From Rickettsiales bacterium (lineage in GTDB: Bacteria > Pseudomonadota > Alphaproteobacteria > Rickettsiales > SXRF01): a stretch of DNA of 64,000 bases. Where the stretch lies: NCBI GenBank assembly GCA_964231325.1, contig CAXRIF010000003.1, forward strand, positions 866,927-930,926. Reading direction: 5' to 3'. Below the pieces are notes generated by a model. That model was not told the DNA's origin and did no database searches. It saw nothing but the letters and a program-made list of their open reading frames with translations. The translations under genes were made by a program, and so were the position numbers. Of the stretch, positions 9,969 to 19,302 are shown in pieces. Within the stretch, counting starts at the first letter, position 1. Each line of letters begins with the position of its first letter.

Positions 9969-10799
9969 TTATTTCTGTTTAAATGACCAGATTATTTGTT
10001 GCATAAAACCAGATGGAATTTTGCTTCCGGAAACGCCATACTTTTCTGGTACGCGGCCTTCCGGCATATAGAAGGTTCCAAATATTACATCAAGTAAGGG
10101 AAAGGTGGGAGCAAAGTTTTTGTCTATTCCCTCTGCTTGCGCAGTATGGTGCCAGCGGTGAAATACCGGGCTTGCAAAGATGTATTTAAAGGGGCCAAAC
10201 GTCCAGTTGAGGTTGGCGTGTACCATTGCCGAATAACCTAAGTTGAAGCCAGCCAATAACGCTACGGCAGCGGGAGAGAAGCCTGCTATCAATAATGCAG
10301 CGTCTAATAAGGTAAACGTACACCATACATTGATTGGGTGAAAACGAAATGTGGATAGCCAGTCTACTGTTTTTGGCGAGTGGTGAATGGCATGATAGTT
10401 CCACAGTTTACCCGTATGAAACCAGCGATGTGTCCAGTAAAGTATAAAATCGGATATAAGAAATATGACGGCTGTTTGTAGCCAAATAGGTAATTCTGTT
10501 AGTGGGCCATAGCCGTTGAGTACGTAGCTGCGTATGGCATCATCAGATTCACCGCGAAAAATAAAAAATACGCCAGCTCCTACGAACAGGATACGTACTA
10601 TTCTACTTAATAACGGAATAGTGAAACAATAGAGCAGATCTGTGGCTATTTCCTCTCTAAGGATGGGCTGTTGATTACATGGAAAGAGTTTAGATAATGC
10701 TGTAAACACAACAAAGAACACTAAAACCCATAGCGCCAAATCTGTCCAAACAGCTATAATTGAGTGTATTGCATCTGTCATATTGCTATTCATATCCAT
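9969..10799 (-). CDS. Sterol desaturase / fatty acid hydroxylase family protein
   Basis: His boxes HRWFH, HAIHH, HRWHH; several transmembrane segments. Confidence 0.9.
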   Translation of the reverse strand: MDMNSNMTDAIHSIIAVWTDLALWVLVFFVVFTALSKLFPCNQQPILREEIATDLLYCFTIPLLSRIVRILFVGAGVFFIFRGESDDAIRSYVLNGYGPLTELPIWLQTAVIFLISDFILYWTHRWFHTGKLWNYHAIHHSPKTVDWLSTFRFHPINVWCTFTLLDAALLIAGFSPAAVALLAGFNLGYSAMVHANLNWTFGPFKYIFASPVFHRWHHTAQAEGIDKNFAPTFPLLDVIFGTFYMPEGRVPEKYGVSGSKIPSGFMQQIIWSFKQK

Positions 10800-10939
10800 G
10801 TGACAACCGTATCAATATTATAGACCATAACCCCTTATAAAGCCTTAATGTTGGCATTTTAGCTATTTTGGGAAATATGGTGGCACCATTGTATTGTGCA
10901 TGATAGTTTGCGGCTGTACCGTGCTGAACAAGAGGAGAT

Positions 10940-11977
10940 ATGATGTCCAGTTTTTCGTTGCCTGTCTTTCGTGTGTTATTGTCATTTGGCATTTGTATAT
11001 TGTTTGTATCGCCCTCCATCGCTCGTGAGCAGATACGTATTGTCGGATCCTCTACCGTTTATCCTTTTATTGCCTCAGCAGCTGAGCAATTTGGGCAAGG
11101 AGATTTTAAAACCCCGATTGTGGAATCAACAGGTACTGGGGGAGGGTTTAAGCTTTTTTGCGACGGGCTGGGTGAGGATAAACCGGATATTAGCAATGCC
11201 TCACGGCCGATAAAAGACTCGGAGATAGAGAAGTGCAAGCAAAATGGTGTCTTGGATGTCATGGAAGTATCTATTGGTTATGATGGTATTGTGCTGGCTA
11301 ATAAGAGGCAGGGAAAGCAGTATAACCTGAGCAAGAAACAAATTTTTATGGCGTTGGCGCGCGAACTCCCAGATGCAGATGGGAATATGCGTGTGAATCC
11401 TTATGTAACATGGAAAGAAATTGCTCCCCATTTGCCGGACCGGCCCATTGAGGTGTATGGGCCTCCACCTACATCCGGCACGCGTGATGCGTTTGTTGAG
11501 TTGGTGATGGAGGAAGGGTGTGAGCATTTCCCAGCATTTGCAAAACATTATCCCAATAAAAAAGAACGCCACAAATTGTGTCACCTTATTAGAGAGGATG
11601 GCAGGTATATTGACTCCGGAGAGGATGACAACATTATTGTGCAGAAACTGGTCTCGAATGAAAATGCATTCGGTATACTGGGGTATGGTTTTTATGAAGA
11701 AAATTCTGCCAAGATTCAATCCAATATGATCGATGGAGTGTTGCCGAGTTATGAGAGCATTGAGTCTAATGCTTATGGTGTATCACGTAGCTTATTTATA
11801 TATGTGAAGACCCAGAATATTGGAAAGATACCAGGTATTGTGGAGTTTTTAAAAGAGGTGGTAAGCGAGCATGCGGCTGGCCCTGAAGGCTATATGACAG
11901 CAAAGGGGCTGCTTCCGCTTAATAAGACATTGCGAAGCTCTACACGGAAAAAAGTAAGGGCGCTTTCTACTCCTTAG
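10940..11977 (+). CDS. pstS: Phosphate ABC transporter substrate-binding protein (PstS-type), with no pstCAB nearby
   Basis: IVGSSTVYP, ESTGTGGG, GPPPTSGTRDAF; signal peptide. Confidence 0.9.
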   Translation: MMSSFSLPVFRVLLSFGICILFVSPSIAREQIRIVGSSTVYPFIASAAEQFGQGDFKTPIVESTGTGGGFKLFCDGLGEDKPDISNASRPIKDSEIEKCKQNGVLDVMEVSIGYDGIVLANKRQGKQYNLSKKQIFMALARELPDADGNMRVNPYVTWKEIAPHLPDRPIEVYGPPPTSGTRDAFVELVMEEGCEHFPAFAKHYPNKKERHKLCHLIREDGRYIDSGEDDNIIVQKLVSNENAFGILGYGFYEENSAKIQSNMIDGVLPSYESIESNAYGVSRSLFIYVKTQNIGKIPGIVEFLKEVVSEHAAGPEGYMTAKGLLPLNKTLRSSTRKKVRALSTP

Positions 11978-12311
11978 GATCACGTTTTTTCTTGCGTTTT
12001 TTGGGCTTGGGGCTGAGATAGCTATCCAGAATATGGCGCTTTAATGTCCTAAGCATTTTCTCAGGAGCATTGAGGGTGAAGTAACGCAATAGGATGTAGC
12101 GCTCAGCATCCAATACTTCTTGAAAAAACTTTCGTTCTTTGCGTGAGCGTAGCAGCATTCCTGTTTCTGAGTTTTCCTCACGTAGTATTTTCTTCATTTC
12201 TTGAACGAGATGTAGATCAAGTGAAGGGGAGAGGAGTGCAAGTAGGTCGTCGTTATCATTCGAAGCAACCGGTAGGAACGTGAAGTCTTGACAGCACCCT
12301 ATATATTGCAT
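11967..12311 (-). CDS. Hypothetical protein with basic C-terminal tail
   Basis: Open frame; start uncertain because TTG 12368 overlaps a terminator, so ATG 12311 or a later start is preferred. Confidence 0.5.
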   Translation of the reverse strand: MQYIGCCQDFTFLPVASNDNDDLLALLSPSLDLHLVQEMKKILREENSETGMLLRSRKERKFFQEVLDAERYILLRYFTLNAPEKMLRTLKRHILDSYLSPKPKKRKKKRDPKE

Positions 12312-12343
12312 GTTTGTACTATATAGTAATCTATATATAGGGT
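12296..12343. promoter_or_regulatory. Tandem NrdR-box-like palindromes
   Basis: accCTATATATTGcat (12296-12311) and aatCTATATATAGggt (12328-12343), 32 bp apart. Confidence 0.5.
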
Positions 12344-12360
12344 CAATCTTGTTTGCTATG

Positions 12361-12392
12361 AAAAACAAAAAGCCCGCCTCGAAGAGGCGGGC
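12361..12392 (-). terminator. Rho-independent terminator downstream of the Flp pilin gene
   Basis: GCCCGCCTC-GAA-GAGGCGGGC hairpin with an A-run on the plus strand (U-tract on minus). Confidence 0.85.
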
Positions 12393-12430
12393 CTAATTGC
12401 GCCCATAAAATATGGGTTAGATAACTGCGA

Positions 12431-12592
12431 TTAACGCAGGCTACCAGATACAGTACCGAACATAGCGCTCAGGTTACCACCTAGGGCGGTCATAGTACCA
12501 ATAGCAGCAACTGAAATCAAAGCAGCGATCAGACCATACTCAATGGCAGTCGCGCCTTCTTCTTCTTTAAATAGACGAATCATCGTTTTCAT
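12431..12592 (-). CDS. Flp/Fap type IVb pilin
   Basis: EEEG|ATAIEYGLIAALISVAAI; GGAG RBS before ATG 12592. Confidence 0.95.
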   Translation of the reverse strand: MKTMIRLFKEEEGATAIEYGLIAALISVAAIGTMTALGGNLSAMFGTVSGSLR

Positions 12593-12803
12593 AATAATAG
12601 CTCCAAATAACATTTCTAAATACGCTGAAAATATCAGCTAAGGACAAAGTACCAAACCTCAAACATGAAAGCAAGCAAAAAATCGTTTTTTTCTTATAAA
12701 AATCAATGGGTTTTAGATTAAATATTCATATTTTTTTAAATGTATTTTATATAAATATTCATGATTGTAGCGAACACACAGGTTGAGCCCTAGCTTTAAG
12801 CCG

Positions 12804-12986
12804 CTACCTTAAACCGGCAAGAGCACTAGTGAAGAAACCATCTACTGAGCCACCCACAGAAATCATAGAGCCTATAGCAATAACGGAAATGATCGTTACA
12901 ATTAAGCCGTATTCTATAGCAACAGTACCTGCGTTATCTTTGGCTAGTCGAAAAAGAATAGATTTAATGTAGCTCATTTTGAGCAC
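12804..12986 (-). CDS. Flp/Fap type IVb pilin (second copy)
   Basis: DNAG|TVAIEYGLIVTIISVIAI; GAGGAG RBS. Confidence 0.9.
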   Translation of the reverse strand: MLKMSYIKSILFRLAKDNAGTVAIEYGLIVTIISVIAIGSMISVGGSVDGFFTSALAGLR

Positions 12987-13047
12987 AAACTCTCCTCAGG
13001 GCGCTGTAATTAATATAGCACCTTAAGAAAAGTTTTGCACTCAAATA

Positions 13048-13062
13048 TTAACAAGTGTTTAA
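13048..13062. promoter_or_regulatory. CtrA-binding box upstream of the Flp pilins
   Basis: TTAA-CAAGTGT-TTAA; CtrA control of flp/pilA is established in Caulobacter. Confidence 0.65.
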
Positions 13063-13093
13063 TTTATGATAAATGCTGTGTAGTGTACGGAGA

Positions 13094-13645
13094 CTAGTTT
13101 ATTTTGGAGGGTGCTGTTGTCTTCCAGTGCGACAATAGACTATCAAACCCCGTACGAAGATCGTTGATGACATTTTCTATTTTGGTTGCATTTGCTTTTG
13201 TGACGCGCTTCTGCATTTTTAGAAATGGTGGTCTTTCGTTGTAAACGCATAAGCTGAGTAATAGCGCTGCATGATTATGTTCATGAAGTATTTTTATTGC
13301 TTCCATATATTCCTGTTCTCTTTCTTTCCTCCACTCAAGATCATATAGTTTGTTTTCAGTTCCACCCAAGTGGGTAGGGTCAATGGCGCGTGCACCTGGT
13401 GCACCATAACGTAGTGTGTAGAGCCATCTTAGATGCATCCCGCTCCAATGCTGTTCGCGAGAAATAATCTCACGCTCGAGGCATAAATCTAGTGCTTCAG
13501 CTGTTTCTCCGATGGCGCGCTTTCTTATGAGCTCTGGAGTTCCCATATCAATTTCTGGCTTAATGGTTTTGGGTCTTCCCCGTTTTCTTGGAAAGCGTAA
13601 AATTGTTGCGCTGTTCATATAATCATCGTTTTTCTTGTATTTCAT
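13094..13645 (-). CDS. DUF6456-like protein, putative GafA/GafZ-type GTA activator
   Basis: RKRGRP AT-hook-like segment; ALDLCLEREIISREQHWSGMHLRWLY and YMEAIKIL..LLLSLCVYNE resemble DUF6456; adjacent to the GTA cluster. Confidence 0.6.
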   Translation of the reverse strand: MKYKKNDDYMNSATILRFPRKRGRPKTIKPEIDMGTPELIRKRAIGETAEALDLCLEREIISREQHWSGMHLRWLYTLRYGAPGARAIDPTHLGGTENKLYDLEWRKEREQEYMEAIKILHEHNHAALLLSLCVYNERPPFLKMQKRVTKANATKIENVINDLRTGFDSLLSHWKTTAPSKIN

Positions 13646-13676
13646 TTATGATTCCTACGTAACTTTTAGGGTTGGT

Positions 13677-14171
13677 TCATTTTGTCCAAGGGCCAGCAAT
13701 TACATTGCTTGATTGCTGAGAAGGAGAAGAGGGCGGTGACGATTTGATAGATCGTTTAGCTGCCGCTGCGCGCTTGGCTTTTCTTTCCTGATAGCGCTTT
13801 CCTTTTCCTGGGGCGGCTCTCCATGCAACGGGGGAGACAAGGGCTTTTTTTGCTTTTCGGCGTACATAGTTAGGATCGAGCCCAGCGAGCGTGCAGACAT
13901 ATACAAAGTCTTTGCTGTTATCTGATAGCCAGCGAATAGCTTCATCTTTGTGGTAGCGTGCCTCAGAGTTGTTTGCTTTACTAAGCGCATCCATCATGGC
14001 CTGCGTAATAACAGCGACCCATAGGGCAGTCTCTCCTCGAACTACCGAGTGTGGATCATCAAACCAAGGGATTCCTGTGCGTTTATATTTTTTTCTTGCT
14101 ATGGGTTGTTTGTTTTGAGAGGGCTGGTTAGGATTGGCAGTATCAGTTTTGATATTCGTATCTTGATTCAT
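13677..14171 (-). CDS. Hypothetical phage-type protein, co-transcribed with the DUF6456-like gene
   Basis: AGGAGG RBS before ATG 14171; LWVAVITQAMMDA..AIRWL..DFVYVCTLAGLDP motif seen in phage-associated proteins. Confidence 0.7.
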   Translation of the reverse strand: MNQDTNIKTDTANPNQPSQNKQPIARKKYKRTGIPWFDDPHSVVRGETALWVAVITQAMMDALSKANNSEARYHKDEAIRWLSDNSKDFVYVCTLAGLDPNYVRRKAKKALVSPVAWRAAPGKGKRYQERKAKRAAAAKRSIKSSPPSSPSQQSSNVIAGPWTK

Positions 14172-14227
14172 CGGTAGCCTCCTCGATTTTGCGCTATATT
14201 GGGACAACCCGGAGTATTTATATGGGG

Positions 14228-14263
14228 TTATCTGGATATTTCCAGATAAATAGAGATATATCC
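14228..14263. promoter_or_regulatory. Operator-like palindrome upstream of the putative GTA activator operon
   Basis: Perfect inverted repeat TTATCTGGA-TATT-TCCAGATAA (14228-14249); related box AGATATATCC 20 bp after its GGATATTTCC core. Confidence 0.5.
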
Positions 14264-14360
14264 TAATATTTCGTATTGGAAGAGGAAATTATAAATTATT
14301 TCACAACTGTATTAGATGCTGAATTAAATGATGAATCGAGCCTGAAAAAATAAAATATGC

Positions 14361-14714
14361 TTACATCCAGATGTGAGCGGAAGTGCTGTCCGTTTTTTCA
14401 GATTTATCGCTATCGCGCTCTCTATCTACCTTTTCACGGTGTGTAAGAGATAATTTATCTAGAAAATGTAGCCCATGATGATCGTCGACTAGCTCGCTAT
14501 CGTAGGCACAAGCTAAAATAGCTGCCTTGAGTTCACCTGCATTGTAGCTCGCCAGAGGAATTCCAAGTAGGCGTAATTCTTCAACAACGCTCTCTGGCAA
14601 GGTTACGCCATTTATAACATGCTGATCTGCATAAGGATTTGGTGCTCCATATTGTGTTAGGTCTGTAGGCTCTAACTGACCAAGATTTGATAAAGAACAG
14701 TCTGTCATTTGCAT
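14361..14714 (-). CDS. Hypothetical protein
   Basis: AAGGAG RBS; 117 aa; C-terminal THREKVDRER motif. Confidence 0.65.
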   Translation of the reverse strand: MQMTDCSLSNLGQLEPTDLTQYGAPNPYADQHVINGVTLPESVVEELRLLGIPLASYNAGELKAAILACAYDSELVDDHHGLHFLDKLSLTHREKVDRERDSDKSEKTDSTSAHIWM

Positions 14715-14911
14715 GTAATAAATACGCTCCTTCTATGATTCTAACTATAGCACATGGCCTATTAAAAAGGGGTTATGTATCTGTGAATGCGAATATTACA
14801 GAAAAATGACGGTGATTATGACAATGAAAACCGTAGATATGCCCTTCCTGAGCAGGTTTTATTGCTTAAAATGATAGTGTAGTGCTTTGTAACCATCGCT
14901 TTAGGAGAAAA

Positions 14912-15247
14912 ATGACAGATTCTGGCGATATTCATAGGTTAGCCGGCATTACCCGCAATATGATTGGCCATCTTGAGCAAGCGGTTGAGCTTAATGACCA
15001 GGGGCTACTAGACGAAGCTAACCCACTGGCTAAAACCTATGGCAGATTGTTTGGAAGTAAGGCCTCTTATGTTGATATTCTGACGGACCTTTCGGTGTTG
15101 ATGATTAAGCTACATACGACCAGCCAAACACTGGAAAAAAAGGATGAGACTGAAGAAAGTGATGCGCAACATATTAATATGGATGCCAAAGATATGCAGC
15201 TCATCAAAGCATTTATAGATCGGCAAAAAACTCAGTCGAAACCATAA
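14912..15247 (+). CDS. Putative terminase small subunit (assigned by position)
   Basis: About 111 aa, helical-looking, AGGAG RBS, ends 17 nt before terL. Confidence 0.5.
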   Translation: MTDSGDIHRLAGITRNMIGHLEQAVELNDQGLLDEANPLAKTYGRLFGSKASYVDILTDLSVLMIKLHTTSQTLEKKDETEESDAQHINMDAKDMQLIKAFIDRQKTQSKP

Positions 15248-15264
15248 CCCTGTAATAGTAGAAA

Positions 15265-16665
15265 GTGACGTACGCCTTGTTGGACTGGTATGACGATATA
15301 GTTGCGTTTGATTTTCCAACTTTCATTGGAAAAACATTATCGACTGTAGATCCGGCAGCTGAGTATCTACCAAATTGGCATATTGATCTGTTAGCAGAAT
15401 ATTTAGAAGCGGCGCGGCGAAACGAAATATCTAGGCTTATTATTAATATGCCTCCGCGTTCGCTGAAGTCTGTTTGTGTAAGTGTGGCATGGCCAGCGTG
15501 GCTTTTAGGTAAAGATCCGCGCAGCAGAATTATTGCCGCGAGTTATGCTTCTTCCTTAAGTGTAAAACACTCGATAGATAGCCGGCTAGTGGTGACGTCT
15601 GAGTGGTATAAAAAAATATTCCCAGATGTAAAAATTAGCCGTGATCAAAATGAGAAATATAAATTCATTACCACGCAAAGAGGATATCGGCTTGCGACAT
15701 CTGTTGGCGGGAGTGTGACAGGCGAGGGCGGTAATTATCTCATCATTGATGACCCGCTTAATCCTGCGCAGGCAATGAACTCTCTTAGAAGAGATGCGGC
15801 TAATCGTTGGTTCGATCATACATTTTCAAGCAGATTAGATGATAAAAGATTAGGGGTTATTGTGCTGGTAATGCAGAGGTTGCACCAGCATGATCTAACC
15901 GGACATCTGCTTGCTAAAGGGGGATGGGAGCATTTGTGTTTACCTGCGGTGGCAACAGAACGTACGGTTTATCATTTGGGAAAAGTTGCTCATGTTCGAG
16001 AAGAAGGTGAATTGCTGCACTCTGCGCGTGAGGATGAGGGGCTGATTGCGCGCGCTAAGATAGAGCAGGGGAGCTCTGTATTTTCTGCGCAATACCAGCA
16101 GATGCCGGTGGTTGATGATGGTGAAATGGTGCGCCCATGGTGGATAGGAAGATATAAAGCTCCACCGGCTCATTTCTCTCGTATCGTACAAAGCTGGGAT
16201 ACAGCCATTAAAACCGGGATGAAAAATGATTCGAGCGCTTGTCTTACATTTGGCGAAAGTGACGGAAAAAGTTATTTGCTCGATGTATTCTCCGGAAAAG
16301 CGGAATACCCTGATTTGAAGCGGATGTTTTTTTCAACGGCAACACGTTTCCAGCCTCATGTTATTTTGATTGAGGACAAAGCCAGTGGACAACAGCTATT
16401 GCAAGATGTTCGCCGTGAAACAAAGCTCCCTGTGGTAGCTATCAACCCTAAAGCGGATAAGCTGACCAGGTTTGCTGCTGTTTCTGCCCTAATTGAAGCA
16501 GGTAGGTTACATTTGCCGGAGCAGGCGAGTTGGCTTGCTGATTTTGAAGCGGAGTTATATGCATTTCCAAATGGGAATCATGATGATCAAGTAGATGCGC
16601 TAAGCCAGTATCTTGATTGGGTGCGTGGTGAAACGTGGAATCATCTACGCATACGCAATATTTAA
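15265..16665 (+). CDS. terL: Terminase large subunit
   Basis: INMPPRSLKS Walker A variant, LIIDDP Walker B, VMQRLH, SWDTA, FPNGNHDDQVDA nuclease motif. Confidence 0.95.
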   Translation: MTYALLDWYDDIVAFDFPTFIGKTLSTVDPAAEYLPNWHIDLLAEYLEAARRNEISRLIINMPPRSLKSVCVSVAWPAWLLGKDPRSRIIAASYASSLSVKHSIDSRLVVTSEWYKKIFPDVKISRDQNEKYKFITTQRGYRLATSVGGSVTGEGGNYLIIDDPLNPAQAMNSLRRDAANRWFDHTFSSRLDDKRLGVIVLVMQRLHQHDLTGHLLAKGGWEHLCLPAVATERTVYHLGKVAHVREEGELLHSAREDEGLIARAKIEQGSSVFSAQYQQMPVVDDGEMVRPWWIGRYKAPPAHFSRIVQSWDTAIKTGMKNDSSACLTFGESDGKSYLLDVFSGKAEYPDLKRMFFSTATRFQPHVILIEDKASGQQLLQDVRRETKLPVVAINPKADKLTRFAAVSALIEAGRLHLPEQASWLADFEAELYAFPNGNHDDQVDALSQYLDWVRGETWNHLRIRNI

Positions 16666-16787
16666 AAATAAAAATTTTTTCATTTTGTCCCTTCCTGACC
16701 ATACCGGGTATGGGTACTTTATAAATATAGGCTCACATAAGTGTCTCTGAAGACAATGAGCATTCCCACATATTCCGGAGGATTCGC

Positions 16788-18062
16788 ATGGCTACTATGC
16801 ATAAGCATCGTAATCGCAAAAAAAACTCGTTTGCAGGTTTTTTGAATAATATGTTTTCTAAAAAAACAGAAAAGAAACATGCGCGAAAAAATATTTATGA
16901 TGATCTGCTCGGTAGTGCTGGTATGCGCTCATACATGGTAATGCCGGGTCAGGCGGTATGGATGGATCGTGATTATTCACAATTTGCCGAAGAAGCGTAT
17001 ATCCGAAATGTTGTGGCACATCGTGCGATAGAGATGGTGGCGTCTGCAGCTGCATCTGTGGCCATTGACTTGAATCAAATTAGTGCGAAAGGCGCGAGGC
17101 GAGAGCTTAAGGCACACCCTGTCCTCGATGTTTTGCGTAAACCAAACCCGACACAGGGAATGGGTGATTTCTTTAAGGCGCTATATAACTATCGCCTCAT
17201 TAGTGGAAATGCGTTCGTGCAGGCCGTTGGGCCGAAAAATAACGCTCCTACAGAGCTGCATTTGTTGCGTCCTGACAGGGTGGCTGTGGTGGCAGGAAAA
17301 GGTACGTTGCCATCCGGTTATCGTTACACAGTGGGCGATAAATATATTGATTTTCCAGTAGATCGGATTAGCGGGAGGTCACGTATCCTTCATATTAAGT
17401 CTTTCCACCCATATAATGATTGGTATGGTTTATCACCAGTAGAGGCGGCTGCTTATAGTATTGATCAACATAACCAGTCCAGCGCATGGAACCAGGCGCT
17501 GCTGCAAAATGGTGCAAGGCCTAGCGGGGCATTAGTTGTGAAGTCCGATGCCAACAACATGGGAACCTTATCGGAAGATCAATATACACGTGTGAAACTG
17601 CAAATTGATGAGCAGTTCACGGGTACTGTAAACGCTGGAAGGCCATTGTTGCTTGAAGGTGGGCTCGATTGGAAAGAAATGAGCCTTACACCGAAAGATA
17701 TGGATTTTGTAGAGGCAAAAAATTCATCTGCCCGCGATATTGCCCTCGCTTTTGGCGTGCCACCGCAGTTGCTAGGTATTCCTGGTGATAATCGCTACAG
17801 TAATTTGCAGGAAGCAAGGCTGGCGTTATGGGAGCAAACGGTAATTCCGTTGGTGAATTGTACGGTTGATATGCTGAATAGTTGGCTGCTACCGCAATAT
17901 GCCAATAATCTGGAATTGGTTGCTGATACAGATGCCATTTCAGCGCTTGCTGCACGTAACCAGATTATATGGGATCGCGTGGAGAAGGCGACATTCCTAA
18001 CTGATGACGAAAAACGTGCGGCAGTAGGGTATGGCCCACGCGATAAAGTAAAAAGCAATTAG
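16788..18062 (+). CDS. HK97-family portal protein (GTA g3-like)
   Basis: LHLLRPDRV, YGLSPVEAA, NGARPSGAL, LLEGGLDWK, ALAFGVPPQLLGIPGDN. Confidence 0.96.
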   Translation: MATMHKHRNRKKNSFAGFLNNMFSKKTEKKHARKNIYDDLLGSAGMRSYMVMPGQAVWMDRDYSQFAEEAYIRNVVAHRAIEMVASAAASVAIDLNQISAKGARRELKAHPVLDVLRKPNPTQGMGDFFKALYNYRLISGNAFVQAVGPKNNAPTELHLLRPDRVAVVAGKGTLPSGYRYTVGDKYIDFPVDRISGRSRILHIKSFHPYNDWYGLSPVEAAAYSIDQHNQSSAWNQALLQNGARPSGALVVKSDANNMGTLSEDQYTRVKLQIDEQFTGTVNAGRPLLLEGGLDWKEMSLTPKDMDFVEAKNSSARDIALAFGVPPQLLGIPGDNRYSNLQEARLALWEQTVIPLVNCTVDMLNSWLLPQYANNLELVADTDAISALAARNQIIWDRVEKATFLTDDEKRAAVGYGPRDKVKSN

Positions 18063-18116
18063 ACTTGCACGTTTGAAATAAATCTGTTGTGCTTCCCATG
18101 AGTGAGTTGAGGGAAG

Positions 18117-18692
18117 ATGAGATTAAAAAACACTAAATCTAGCTATGGAGCAGTTGCTAAGTGCTTTCACTGGCTTATGGCTATTTTAATTATTGGGTTG
18201 ATTATTGTTGGTTTTGTAATGACCGATATGCAAGGAAGCCCCGATAAATTTAGGCTTTATGGGCTACACAAGTCGGTAGGTGCATCTATATTGCTATTGG
18301 TTTTGTTGAGACTAATTTGGAAGTATAAAAATATATCACCCGAATTGCCGGATTCTCTAGACTCTTGGCAAAAGCTAGGAGCAAAAGCCAACCACTGGGT
18401 ATTGTACGGTTTGATGATTGCTATGCCACTTAGTGGCTGGGCTATGTCTTCTGCGGCAGGGTTTTCTGTTTCGGTTTTTGGGTGGTTTACATTGCCTGAT
18501 ATTGTGTCCGCAGATAGGGAGCTGTTTTTGCTGTTTAGGCAGGCCCACGAGACAATAGGCTACCTTATTATTATAACCGTTTTGCTACATATTACTGCTG
18601 CACTCTTGCATCATTTCTATTACGGCGATAACATATTAAGTCGGATGTTGCCGTCGTTTAAAAAGGGATTTGATGAAAAAAGCGCTGATTAG
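18117..18692 (+). CDS. Cytochrome b561 (YceJ/CybB family)
   Basis: FHWLMA, LHKSVG, HWVLYGLMIAMPLSGW, LHITAALLHH. Confidence 0.93.
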   Translation: MRLKNTKSSYGAVAKCFHWLMAILIIGLIIVGFVMTDMQGSPDKFRLYGLHKSVGASILLLVLLRLIWKYKNISPELPDSLDSWQKLGAKANHWVLYGLMIAMPLSGWAMSSAAGFSVSVFGWFTLPDIVSADRELFLLFRQAHETIGYLIIITVLLHITAALLHHFYYGDNILSRMLPSFKKGFDEKSAD

Positions 18693-19245
18693 TTTTGCCG
18701 TTGCCGCAATTAGCTTTGTCACACCTGCATTTGCAGAGGTATCGTCGTATGATGTAGTAAAGCATAAAAGCCTAGTTCGTTTTTTTGCAATTCAGAATGG
18801 CGCGCCAGTTGAGGGGCGTTTCGATGAATATACAATGGACATCAAATTCAGCCCTGATGATGTGGAAAATAGCAAAATTGTTGTTGAAATAGATATGGCT
18901 AGCCTGCGTACTGCACACGAAGATGTGTCAACAAACTTAAAGCTTCCCGAATGGCTTTCTACGGAATTATTTCCTAAAGCAAAATTTGTTTCTAAGAAAA
19001 TAAACAGGACTCCATCTACTAATAATTATTTTGCAGATGGAGATCTGACGTTACGTGGAAAAACAATGCCTGTTACCATTAATTTTCAGATGGAAGACCT
19101 GATCAACAAAGACTTTGCGCTGGCCAAAGGCTATGCCACGCTACATCGCCTTGATTTTGGTGTAGGCCAGGGTGAATGGGCTGATGACAAGGTGATTAAA
19201 AACGAAGTTCGTGTAGATTTTCGGATCGTTGCTAAGAAGCAATAA
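18670..19245 (+). CDS. YceI family periplasmic lipid/polyisoprenoid-binding protein
   Basis: Signal peptide; GDLTLRGKTMPV, RLDFGVG; typical partner of cytochrome b561. Confidence 0.92.
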   Translation: MMKKALISFAVAAISFVTPAFAEVSSYDVVKHKSLVRFFAIQNGAPVEGRFDEYTMDIKFSPDDVENSKIVVEIDMASLRTAHEDVSTNLKLPEWLSTELFPKAKFVSKKINRTPSTNNYFADGDLTLRGKTMPVTINFQMEDLINKDFALAKGYATLHRLDFGVGQGEWADDKVIKNEVRVDFRIVAKKQ

Positions 19246-19302
19246 TACCCCCTAGTAGTATTATCATTATTTTTAACTCGTAGATGTAATCTGGGAGCAC
19301 TC

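Noticed and set aside
10775..10793. Pho box upstream of pstS (CTGTCAT...TTCAT)
   Set aside because: Half-sites are 12 bp apart, not 11, and coincide with in-frame Met codons of the antisense desaturase
14806..14823. Reverse Pho-like box (ATGAC x2) upstream of the gene starting at 14714
   Set aside because: Spacing is 12 bp; too weak to call
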